Below are positions 12,834 to 26,799 of a stretch of DNA of 64,000 bases, piece after piece (positions within the stretch are counted from its first letter, which is position 1; every line of letters begins with the position of its first letter). The position numbers and the translations under genes were made by a program. The stretch is from the human T2T-CHM13v2.0 reference genome, Homo sapiens. The stretch lies in assembly GCF_009914755.1 (NCBI RefSeq), contig NC_060942.1; one strand, written 5' to 3'. The notes under the pieces are model-generated. The model searched no databases, had not been told where the DNA came from, and was given only the letters and a program-made list of their open reading frames with translations.

Positions 12834-14935
12834 TAGACTCAGTTACATTACCAGGAATAACTTGAAACCATAGAGCAGACCCTTCCTGGGTCATTAACTA
12901 TCCTTCTGGAAGAGGGTTTTGGATAACACAAAAGTGAAACAAAGAAACCTACACAGAACTTATGAGCACCACCTTATACTTCCAGCCCTGTCCAGCAACT
13001 GTGGCTCCCTGAAAAACCATTTAAATTAGTTAAACCTTAGCTTCTATAGACAGTGTCATAGCTATTTTAATTACAATATAACAAAATGCTTAATAAAATT
13101 AGATTCAAATATGTGGAATGCACAGCATGGCCCTAGAAGTTAACTTGCAATTAATTAAAAAATAGCTTCTTTTCATTCTTTCCCCTTTCTATTCTCTTTC
13201 TTGTTTTCAATTTGCTCACCCTGGGGACCTGTGGCTTTAAAGATACATTTTTTAAATGTTTATTTGCTTTTTTAAAAGTATATTTATTACACATATTTGG
13301 TGTACATGTTATGCTATTATATTTTCATACTTACATGTGTCTGACAGGAATCTGAACTCTTAGGAGTAAAGTGTTTAAAAATAATACAAGCCCTTTCGAA
13401 GCAAATTAGAATTGGTTCCAATATCATTCTCTTACCACTATACTTTAGGAGGCAAATTGAGCTTTTTCACTGCTATAAGATTATGTTTCATTATTAATCA
13501 GACAAGAAAAATTTTAAAAGCAATTTAATGTAAATATCTTGAAGTATTCTACATTAATAAAAACAAACTTGGTCTTCTGAATGAGTGTTTTTGATAGAGA
13601 GGCATAATTTGTCTCAGTTTATAGATAGAAAAATTACAGTTACATGAGCTGTCTAGGTACAAAGCTCAATCAATCAACTAACATGGAAGTTAATCATGTT
13701 ATTGTCCCCACTTAACTCACTTCCCTCACACTCGGTAGGCACTAGTCCAAGAAGTAACATAACGATGCCATCAAGAACTCACAGGAGGATCCTGTATATT
13801 TCCACTGCCTTAAATAGAGCGTTTAAGCATCTTTGAGTTCACTTAACCTATCCATGAGTACTGTTAAAAGTGTTTCATGTAGAATACATTGAGAGTCCAT
13901 ATGATGAGAAATATTTAACATATACATATACATATATATATGTTTCTTTTTAATATTTTGAAGCCTTTGTGCAAAGGTGTCCCACTTGGCTATATAAAAA
14001 AGTATTCCTTTCCTGCTTTGAAAGTGTAAAACAGAGTAGATTAAACGTTCAGTTTTAAACAGAAGCATGATTGATGACTCTCTCCACCTCTCTTCCATCT
14101 AATTTTACCATGGACACTTTAAATATTAGAAGATGAAAGTGTATGCCATAGAAGTTAAGGATGCTTTCGATGAGAAAAAAGGTTATCTTCAATAACTTGG
14201 AAACACTGAAATATATTCCTTCCCTACTTTTCCCAGATCATAAAACTCAGCATTTTTTCTCCTGTGATGTTTTCTACTTTGTAACAATTTTGTTTTTCAA
14301 AAACAAGATAAACCAAGCAAGCAACAGAACAAAGAAAAAAAAATGAAACCCATCTAATCATACAGTGTACATTCTTAGGTAATGCTACTACATTGTGCCT
14401 AAGACTCTTACAACTGAGGAAGAGCGGAATTATTTTGCACTACTAGAGAATGAAGAACAATAAATCAAAGTGACAAGTGATCAACTTGTGACCTATAAGT
14501 AAATGTATGGATGAGACTAAATTGTTAACTCGTATGAGTTCCCCCTTGAGAGCTATTACATATTTAGTAATGAATGATTGGAAAAGCAAAGATGAAGAAA
14601 GGAAAGAACATAAAACTTTGTAGCACTTACTACTTTTCAGGCACTTGGCTATGAAGTTCTACATGCATTCTGATTTTTCTCAAGTAACTGTGTGGAGTAT
14701 AACTGGGCCCATTTTTTAAGGCTGAAATCTGAGCCGTAGCTAGGTTGAGTCTTATTAGACCTTGTTAACATTGCTAGAAACTGGCAAAACACTGAGCGGT
14801 GCACCAAAGGGAATGATGTCTGATAAACACTATACAATGGGAAGAGAGTGAGGTTGCATTCAGGGTCTGTGATTATTAATGGCTTTCAAAATATGGTTGC
14901 TAAGTCAGTAGGAATGTTATATATGTTATATATGA

Positions 14936-15273
<338 letters not shown>

Positions 15274-16289
15274 GAGGAAAGCTTTTAAAAACCTAACAAG
15301 GCAAGTGTTTGCCACAGACCAATAATTGGAACATTTGCCAAGCCAGATATATTGGCTTTTCTGTTTGGGGGGTGTTTGGTTTTTGTTCTTGATTTTTTCC
15401 CCATTGAGATTTTTATGCAAAATTATCTGATACAAAGATTGGGAAAAGGAAAAACAGGTGATTAAAACAGCTTAGATTCCACAAAAAAAAATGCTGATTG
15501 GTACAAGAGGTCTAACCAGATGGGTGACAAAAGTGCTTGGGGACCAATAATCTCTGCATGGTTGCTTCCCTTAGACAGGTGGCTGCAGAATTCTTACACT
15601 ATAAATTAAGGAAACAGTTGGAATTCACCTTTAAACATCAGCCTTCCTGTCAGAGCACTGACAAGGTGATCTGTGGTGCTGACTCACTTTCAGCAACTGT
15701 TCAAAAGCACATTTTTAATATCAGATGCTTACTTTAAACAAAATATGTTTCCATCAGCACTGAGTTGTAGCCTCTAGACTACGTCTTAGTTTGTAGCTGC
15801 TTTTACAAGTTGAACATCGATTTAGAAAAGGGGGTTATGTTTCATAAGTATTGCATCTTTTCTTAATTTTTAGGGAACTGAAACTTGCTATTATTTGTAC
15901 ATTTACGTGTGTTTTATATTTATACGTGCCATAAACTTTCCTAGTTTGTAAATCAATTTAATGTGTTTATTAAATATTTTTGGTAGTTCAAGTTCACTTG
16001 GGTCTTAGATTTTTATGTACCCTTAGAACTTAAAAACTTCAAGCATTTTAAGAACTGGTTCTGCCCTGGAGAGGCAGTATAACTTTGAAATACTATTTCC
16101 TCATCAGTACCGTGATAATAACACCTAACTCACAACAAATTGTTAAACTAGGTTGACATATGTAAACCCCACATATATGGAATCCCATTAACTAAACTTT
16201 ATATATAAAATATTTATATGTTACATATACAATATTTGCTGCATAAAATATTCAGAAAATGCTGCTATAATCCAACATCTAAGACTATT

Positions 16290-16470
16290 CTTTATATATA
16301 TATATAAATACATATACACACACAGGCATACACAACACACACACACACCAGTATATATGTATAATATTTATATATGTGTATATATACCAGTTTTATATAA
16401 ATTACTCTCTCTACATATAATGTAACTATATATTTAAATATATGTTATATTTATATTTATATAAAGAGAG
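16290..16470. repeat. (TA)n/(CA)n low-complexity tract
   Basis: Directly visible. Confidence 0.8.
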
Positions 16471-17249
16471 ATGATGTAAATACTCCTAACTAAAGGAAAT
16501 GATGCCTGAGAAGTATATTTAGCACAGTATCTTGCACATAGCAAATAATAGGGGTGATGATGATAGTGATGACTTTTATGTTTATGTCATCAGGCACTTA
16601 GTATCTAGTCAAATAAATACAGATGGCTCTTAAAATCATATAGTGGTTGTTTAAGTACGTGTTAGCTTGATTTTTCACTGAAACTTGGTTAAATTTGTGG
16701 TACAACTTTAAATGAGTGGGAACATGGGTAGAAGTAACAGAGAGTAAGTGGTAAAGTGTTTAATAAGCGAACCTTAGCAGGAACCGAAAATTGCAACTGA
16801 GTACCTGGAGGGAGGGGTTGGAGAGCTGTCAGCTTCAAGAGCCAAGTTGGAGAACCAGTCAGGTGAGAAAGGAAGATTACTTCCTCCTGATTAGAACAGA
16901 GAGCCATGGGAATTTGTTCTGCTGATGAGCAGATGTATAATGAAGATCTTTTTTCTTTTTGCTTCCGCCTGGAAAGAGAGAATCAGAAAAAGTCTTATAA
17001 CAAAAAGTAAGTGGAAATAGAGCAAGGACTTTCTAGATGATTAGGAAAACCAGGAAAGCAAAAAGGATAACCATCTCCCTAAAAGACTTAGCAGACTGAA
17101 TGGAGGAAAACCGCTAGCAGAAAACTCACTCACATTTTCTTTCATACCCAGTTGCCTTGGAATCCGCAAGTCACTGTTAGGTAAATGACCTGAAACGTTG
17201 TTTGGGTTTGAAGTTATCTCCTAGATAGAGTGATATTAGAGGACAAGAA

Positions 17250-17425
17250 ATAGCTTGGGATCCAGATAGGTCTGGCCTTCTACCATAGCCAGGTTCTATG
17301 TTAATAAATGTGTACAAATTATTTAACCTCTCTGAAGTCTACTTTCCTGTTTAGTGCAAAGTAGATATAAATAACATCCTAAAAGCATTATGGTAAGAAC
17401 AAAACAAATACAATTTACGTAAATT
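17250..17425 (+). mobile_element. MIR fragment
   Basis: Core-like aaattatttaacctctctgaagtctactttcctg. Confidence 0.55.
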
Positions 17426-17501
17426 TTTTTGCATAAAATACTCAGACAATGCTGATTATAATCCAACATCTAAGATTATTTTTCCTTTATCTTTTCTATG
17501 A

Positions 17502-17853
<352 letters not shown>

Positions 17854-18394
17854 TCTCCTTGCTTTTTTTTAAAAAGCAATACTTGTTCTTCTTAGTCAAT
17901 ACCAACTTGCCTTATGCCCTTACTAGTCAAATAAAGAATGATGCCTAGCTGTAGAGATTGTTTCCCAAACTCCAGATCTGCATTTTAACTCTAACTAAAT
18001 TGCTATCTCAACTTGTATCTTCTGCAGACATATTCAATTCAACATATCCCAAGTGACAACATCAGATCACCTCTTAACCTCATCTTTCCCCATCAATAGT
18101 ATCTAGCTCAATTAATGGCTTTATAACACATTGTTTTCAAGGCTGTAACCCAGAGGTTTGCTATCTTATTTATCACTTTTAGTTTGGTAAAAATCATGTT
18201 CTTCATAATATTTAGACACTAGACACATTTCCAATCTCTTAGTTTAAGTCCAAAGCATCATCACCTGGACTAATCTCTTAAAGAATCCCTTTGCCTCTAA
18301 ACTTGGCCATCTCTAATTATCACCACAATGTTTCCTGAGTTTTGTGGAAGCCAAATATTTTAAAAATAGGCACAATACCCTGAGAATGACACTG

Positions 18395-18435
18395 TAAAAT
18401 AAAATAAAATAAAATAAATAAAATAAAGTAAAATA
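18395..18435. repeat. (TAAAA)n microsatellite
   Basis: Directly visible. Confidence 0.85.
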
Positions 18436-19409
18436 CCAGGCACAATTAAGCTATACAATAAAAAATTAATCAAAGACTCTGGATGAACTGGAGCTAGAAA
18501 GAAATGTTATGTGATTATATTGGGTTGTATTGCAACTACTACTGTGTTGGTCTAAGTTCTCTTATCTCTCATCAAGTAAGAAGTACAATGATCTATAAAG
18601 CACTGGCACATATTGGAATAAATAGGAAATATTGAAGCTTTAACTGAAGACTGAAATTCCTGTCCCTTTATTCCCAGCTGATTACATTAACTTGTACTTC
18701 CCTGGAAAATTGATATCAGTAAATATGAACTTACTCATATTCCCTAGATTCTCTAACAAACTGCCAGGAGTATTTACCCACCATCTTCCCTTGCCTCTTT
18801 TCTATAGTTTCTCCTGTTATTGCTACAGTAAAATTGCAGCTTGAGTCTTATTGGGAGGAAGGCATGCTCAGGGGTATTTATAATCTGCACTGTGCAAATT
18901 ATAAGTTTAGCTTCTGTTATCCAGGGCATTAGTGTATAAATTTATGTCCTCCATAGTTAAACTTTTAACCTTTTTATATAAACTGCCCATTTTCTCATCT
19001 AGAGACTCATATTTTCTTCTCCAAACTACATAATATTTTCTTCTATAAATTAAAATAATATAATGTAACAACAAAAACAATAACAAAAAGTTCCATTGAG
19101 ACCGCTACTCCCTGGCACACCTTCTCACCTATTGATATGGAATGCCATGAGGGAGCAGCCAACTCATGTAGCTTGCACTTGCTCACTACTTTCTCCTTTT
19201 GCTCTGACTTCTACTTCCACAATTTGTTAGAAAAGTACTCTTTACTAAACACTGTATCTAACATTATTATTGATTTATAACTCATTGAATCAAGTCATCT
19301 TTTATCAATTCTCATCTTTGCTTTTCTGCAGCATTGGGAATTTTATGACATTTCTTAAACGTGGAAAATCATACTTCTACCTTATGTTTTAAGTTACTCT
19401 TTTTTTCCT

Positions 19410-19825
19410 ATTTTTTTCTTGTGATCAAATATACCTAATGTTTATGATTTTAATCATTTGTAAATATATAATTCAGTGGCATTAAATACATTCACAATGC
19501 TGTGTACTCATCACCATTATTATGCCATAAATGTTTTTATCATTCCAAACATAAACTCTACCCATCAAAATAGGATTATTCCTTTCCTCTCCCTGTATCC
19601 CTGGTGACTTCTATTCTGCTTTCTATCTCTATGAATTTGTCTATTCTAGGTACCTCATATAAGTTGAACCATATAATTTCTGTCCTCCTCGTTTATTTCT
19701 TTTTATTTTATTTTTCTAAATTAAAAAATAAAAGTTGTGTATATTTATCTTGTACAATATGATATTTTGAAATATCAATACATTGTGGAATGACTAAATC
19801 AAGTTAATTAACATATGCATTTAAA
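19410..19825 (-). mobile_element. L1M 3'-end fragments (L1MB-like, then L1MA-like)
   Basis: aattcagtggcattaaatacattcacaatg; ctctatgaatttgtctattctaggtacctcatataag; cattgtggaatgactaaatcaag. Confidence 0.7.
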
Positions 19826-20715
19826 TTATTCTTCAAGTTCGGGTTCTAGGTGACGTTGAAATGCTCAAATTACCAACCCTGTATGCTATCAGTTGAGGTA
19901 ACAGACTTATTTATTGCGAAGAAAATTGGAGTTATAGTTTCACTTATTCATAGCAAAACATATCATAACTTTTAAAATAAGCTCTTATGTTCTCTCTTCT
20001 GCCCAATTATTGAATTGTTAAATTATGTTGTTTCTTTTCATTGTATATTTTGTCCCCAGTGGCCAAACTAGAAATCTTGGAGTAAATCTTGGCTTTTACC
20101 CTTCCTGTATCCTGGACATCATGTATCATGCTGCACAAGTCAATCTAGTGTTGCGTCCTAAATGGTCATATCCAAAAATATAATCTGTAAAGTTAGGAGT
20201 CAATCTTTTGCACATGCTGAAATTACAGAAAATCTCCTAGGTACACAAATTATTTTAGTTATGTTCATCTCTACCCCAGCCTGTATTGGGCTTCCAGTCT
20301 GATCTTGTATTATGTCTAACATAATACTTTATCTACAGTTTCTCTTCATTTCCAGCCATTTGACTACAGCAGTGTTAGTGGAAATAGAGTAAATGAGATA
20401 ATGCTGAGCATCAGTTAGATGACAGGGACTTACATTACAAACTCTTCCTGTATCTGTTGGTTCCAGCAAACAGCTCCAGAGCAGTGTCTCTTGCTGCTGT
20501 GACTCCTCCCAAACATTTCTGTCTGTGACAAAAATAAAAATATTTTAACTTTTCTTGTGTGGCTGTTTGCCTTTCTGGTTATATCGTGGGTTTCTAAAAG
20601 GTAGGTACCATTTCCTACCTTTAGATTGCATTATTTATAACACTGGTGTCCACGTCACACACCAATTTAATAATCTGAATATTGAATAGTAATGAAGAAC
20701 TGGGAACAAAATATA

Positions 20716-21235
20716 TGTATTAGCTTCTTATTGCTGAGTAACAAAGTGCCACGAATTTAGTAGCTCATGACAAAAACATTTATAATGTCACCACAACAAA
20801 ACCATTTATAATGTCGCATTTTCTGTATAGCAGAAGCCCAGCCTATTGTGACTGGATTCTCTACTAAGGTTCTCACTGAACTAAAATCAATTATCGGCAA
20901 AGGATGCTGCTCTCACATGGGACTCTGGGTCTTCATTCAGGCACAAGGGTTTTGGTCAGAGTGTATTCCCTCCCACATCTTCTATGTGGTTCTCTCTGTC
21001 TTCAAGCACATCAAATCTTTCTCTCGCTTCAAATCTCACCAGTTTTCTCTCCTGTGTTTAAGGGCTCATGTGATTGCATTGAGCCCACCAGGATAGTAAG
21101 ATAATCCCCCTATTTTGTAAGCCTGCTGGTTAATGACCACAGTTAACATTTGTACCGTTTCTATTGTCAGGTAATATATTCACAGACATAACACAAGGGA
21201 CAAAATTCATGGGGGACAAGATTCTGTCAACCACA
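20716..21235 (-). mobile_element. MaLR solo LTR (MLT1-like)
   Basis: tgtattag...ttctgtcaaccaca with a 5-bp TSD ATATA on both sides. Confidence 0.85.
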
Positions 21236-21959
21236 ATATACCTAAGCTACATATTAATCAAGTAGAAAATAATACAAAATATATATTACACTATGATTGC
21301 AAGTATGCAAAAAACTGTAGGTGAGCAGAGTCAGGAAAAAATATTCCAAATATTAAGATTTATATAAATTATTATTTTCTATTTAGAAATGATATTTGGT
21401 CTTATTTATGAGATAAAATAGAAAACATATAAATACCAACATACAATTTTAAGGTTAAAAATATAATTAAAATTTTTTTAGTAACAAGGCATAAATTTCT
21501 AATTTTATTATCAGTGGCTGGAATTTTTCCTTACCTTAGAAAAGTTTTACTGGGTTATTTAATTTTATTTATTTTGTATTATTGAGTAATGATAATGTTC
21601 TGTCAGGATCATTTAATAAATCAAATACATAATTTGATTAGGTAGGTGAGGCAGTAAAATAAATAAAACATTGTTACATTGTTAACATAATAACAACATA
21701 CGACTGCTAAGAAATGCAATCATATATTAACTCCACATACGTACTGAAAATGGGAGATACCATGACATGTTCAAAGTTTTCTGTAAATAACGGTTGACTT
21801 TCATTCTCAGTTTACCATCATTCATGAAGCAGGTTTTAAAACTTAGAAGCATTATATTAAGTAAAAGGTATTTGTGACAACTATTATGTAAAGATATTGA
21901 TTTATTTGTATCAGCCTTCCTCTCTAAATTATTTAAAATGTTAGTCCTGTTAGCTATTA

Positions 21960-22310
<351 letters not shown>

Positions 22311-23707
22311 CTAGAAATCTTCAAAATGAAACTTTTTTTTTTAGAAATTATTTAAAATATTACAACAAAGCAAGGTAAAATACTAAATTGTTTTCAACAC
22401 AAGTCAATACTTCAAGTACACTTGAAGTACTACTTTGATTTCCACTGCTAACTCATGAATTATTTTGAGACATTAATTTAATTTAGATCACAGTCAGTGA
22501 AAATGTTACCTGTTTTTACACTGAAACTACACATGAATAAGCAAATAGCCCTTGGGATGTGTGTAACAGCATGCATGTGAACAGATTTTTAATCAACTTA
22601 TTTTTTAAATAAGCTTAAATATTTTCAACATTTCATTCTCCTCTCCTCCCTACCTCCCTATATTCAAATATATTCCAAGGTCTTGCGTGAAAATAATCCA
22701 ATGCCTTCCAAGTGGCTCAGTATGAAAAAAACTGCATTGGATCATGATGGATGGAATTTATTTCCTAAATTATTTGGACCTGTGAGGTGATCTGAGGGAG
22801 ATCACAAGGGTTAATATTTTGTAAAATAACAGGAAATAATCAAGATTTTTTTACTCATTATTTACATATTGCTCCTATGAATCCAATGGCACTCAAGAGA
22901 GTCCATCTGTTTTATAGCAATCTAGTTCTCTGATTCTGCAAGTGAAGTTGAAACCAATATATTTCTACATAATCTAACAGAATTTTTTTAGAAGTTACAT
23001 TTTTTATTTTTAATGTATCATGATTTAAAGCATTATAGAACACTATTTGTATTTTTAATTATAAAAATAGTATTTCTGAATGTGTCACTTTCTCTTCCAC
23101 ATAATATATTTGCATTGTTTATATTTATAAAATATTATTTATGCTTATATTGTTTTATGTTAAACATAGATAAAAATAGAAAAAAAAGAAACATAAAATT
23201 AATTTCAGTCAGTATTTAAGATTTTTAAAATTTATATTTACTCAATTTTTGTCTACCAACTAAATCCTTTCCTATTTTAAAACTCCAATTAAAAGGTTGG
23301 CAATAAGAAAAGCTAACACTCATGCTAAGAAGGTACTGTTGAGAGTTTGCTTGAAGAAACAGTGAGAAAAAAGAAAGCAAATGTAAAGAAAAAAATATCA
23401 CTTTCTTAGGCAACAATGTGATTAAATATTGGAATGATGAGCTGCAATTGAAAAAATATTAAAATCTTATAATGAGATAAAACAAAAGGTAATAATGCAG
23501 CCCTGTAGATGAGTTAAGGAAACATTTTCACCAAATAACAGTTATGATTGCCTTTGTTGATATTTATTATGGCTATCCCTCTTTAAATTTTGATATTTCC
23601 TTTAATGCATAAGCAATTTATAAAATGAGAGTATATTATAAATTGAGTCAATTCTTTACTTTCCCTTTTCATATATATGTGCATACATACATACAAATTA
23701 ACATATA

Positions 23708-24027
23708 CAGACGATCCCTGATTTAGAATGTTTTAACTTAATTTTTTTTTTTTTATGGTGATGCAAAAGGGATACGCGTTCAGTAGAGACCATTCTTCGG
23801 GGACCCGTATGACCATTCTGTTTTTCACTTTCACTGCAGTATTCAATAAATTATATGAGATATTCAACACGTTATTATAAAATAGGCTTTGTGCTAAGCG
23901 ATTTTGTTCAACTATGGGCTATTGTGAGTATTCTGAGCATGTTTAAGGTAGGCAGGGTATTAAATGATTTTTTAACTTATGATTGGTGTATCAGGACATG
24001 ATCTCATTAGAAGTTGAGGAGCATCTG
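23708..24027 (-). mobile_element. MER47A-like TcMar-Tigger non-autonomous DNA transposon
   Basis: Ends cagacgatccc... and ...gaggagcatctg with TA TSDs. Internal ttcaataaattatatgagatattcaacac...aaaataggctttgtg. Confidence 0.85.
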
Positions 24028-24558
24028 TATTAAAAAACCTTCCCTTAAAACCTTCCCTATGCTAGGTTCTGGGAATAAAGAGATCTAGACCCTAGTGACA
24101 AAATTGAAATATGGAGTCAAACTATTATACAAACATGCAGAGCACTATAAAATGTCGACAGTAAAGACAACATATTGCGATGTTTATAAGCTTGGAAGGG
24201 GCATTAAATGATAAGTGTCATTATTAACATGACTAAAAAGTGGACAGATAATGAAAATGTCACACATTAAACATTTTTTTATGAGGGAAAGCATTATTTG
24301 AAGTGTCTACAAAAGGTTGAGTCCTATTCATCTGGAAAAAAGAATAACAGTATTGTTATTCATATTTTGGGTCTCAAATAAATATAAGCTGCTCTGTCTA
24401 GATGTAGAAAATAATTTAAGGTAGTTTAAATAATGAAGTAAAATGATTAAATAAAAATAATGTATTACTTGCCAAAATATGTAATTAAAACACTAATGAA
24501 TGTCTTGAATCTTACCACTTCCTCAACTTGTATTGTTACATTATTAAGAAGTGATAGT

Positions 24559-24852
<294 letters not shown>

Positions 24853-26799
24853 TTAAATCTACCTTCTTCAAATACAGATAGTAATATCCACAGGTTTTAA
24901 CATATTTAAGGTTTTAGTTAACACTTTAAAAATAAAATCTAAATAAATCATAAATCCTAGAGTAATTATAGATAAGTTATGCTGAGTTTCTTTTATAACA
25001 TTCTGGAAATAGCAAGTTTAGAGAAGCATAGCTAAGGGGTGGGTGGGGAACATAAGAATGGTGAAGGCTGCTTGGATCCCTATGAGTAGCGCCAGAAAGC
25101 TACAATAAATAATAAATGGGCTTGTAATAAGGGAAGTGAACAATTAAGCACCAAGTAAGTGTAAAAGCAAAGTAAAATGTTCTGGCAAAATGTATGTCAA
25201 GTGTCTAGCAACTATGTTTCTGGACTGTGGCAAGACAATTAATGAGGGAGGCAGGAAAGTCAGCAAGTAATGCATTATAATTATCAATCAATAAGTGTAA
25301 TGAATACATTGATCAAAGTCTAAATATCTCCTAAGTAAGAGGCATAATGGAGCTATAATTACTAGTATTGGTGGGATCCCAGAACAATTTCTTCAAGGAC
25401 AATCATAAAATTAAAATGTGAAAATGTTGGGCAAATAGCCTAATTAGAGACATTTGTAAGTTTGAGGTGAGGTTGCTGAAAGCAGATGAGTCAGTAAAAG
25501 ATAAGAAGAATTTTCCATGCTTGGTAATTACTGAAGTTCTGATTAGCTAATGTTTGTAGGTGGGATTAAAACATAACTACGCAGCAAAAAGAAAAACATT
25601 ATTTAAAGTAAAAAAAGCAAAACATAACTTGAAGTAAAAAAAAAAAGGCCGTAAAAGAATACTCTTATTTATCAAGGTAAAACTGTATGTTATATTGTAA
25701 TAATACTTATGTATTAATAATACGTATTATTGTATGTATAATATGTGTTATGTACATAATAATGTGTGTTATACTATAATACATGTACACATACAAAGAC
25801 ACACATATATATTAGTAGAGAAATATATATATATATATATATACACATGCAGATATTCAGGAATGCATATATATATAATTCAATCTTAAGCCAATTATCT
25901 CTCAAGTGGAAACAACAGCAAAATAGCGGTTTTTCTGTAACTGGAGAGAACATTAAACTACATAAATATTGCTTTAAATTTTAGTTCTCAGGAGCTTAAA
26001 AGGGAAAAAACCTGACATTTTAAAACTTATATTATTCCTCATTTTTAAAATTGCTCCTACGTACCTCTCTTTGGTGTGTCAGTATTATTGATTAGATTAG
26101 ATTTGGTTTCCTGCAGGATGCCTCAAACCAATTTAGTTGGGTAGCCTTAAGTGTTCTTGCTGACAGATCACTCTTATTCATGTCAGTTAAAGGGAATTGC
26201 AATGATTTTTTTGAACTCCGTAAAAAGTGTCATTAAGGATTTCCTCCATGCTAGGCATGACTATTGCCTTCAACCCTGCTTTGACATTTCATTTATCCAA
26301 GGGTGTCCTTGCTTCCTTTCCCTCACCTAAACTCAATAATTATGGTGCCACACTATTTAGCCTTAGAGATAAATTTCCAAAACAATTCCAGATAGTCCAA
26401 AACTCAGTAATTTGTCAATTCATTTGCTCCAACAATGATAAAAGCATTTGAGTTTTAAAAAGAACTGTATGGTGTTATGAGGTAGTACATGTTCAAAAAC
26501 AGTATTTTACCAAAAATTTAAAATAACCTCTTCTCTCTTTTCACAAACTTCTAAGTTGCTGTCAGTGATGTTGTTCTTAAACTTTTTCTGTCAATATTTA
26601 TTTAAAAATCCATTTAAAATGGGTCATATGAACGAGAATTTTAATGCTGCATTGATACTAACAAATTAAGCAATACTCGTAAGTATTAAATATGAAATAA
26701 CAGATATATCTTAAACATTTCCAATCCTCCCTTCTCCAAACACTAGAGATATTTTTGAAGCTCATGACCTAGTTTGCACACTACTATTTTCATTCATTA

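Noticed and set aside
13720-13810. Possible minus-strand exon (AG...GTGAGT)
   Set aside because: Stops in all three frames, weak polypyrimidine tract, no partner exons. A non-coding exon cannot be supported from sequence alone.
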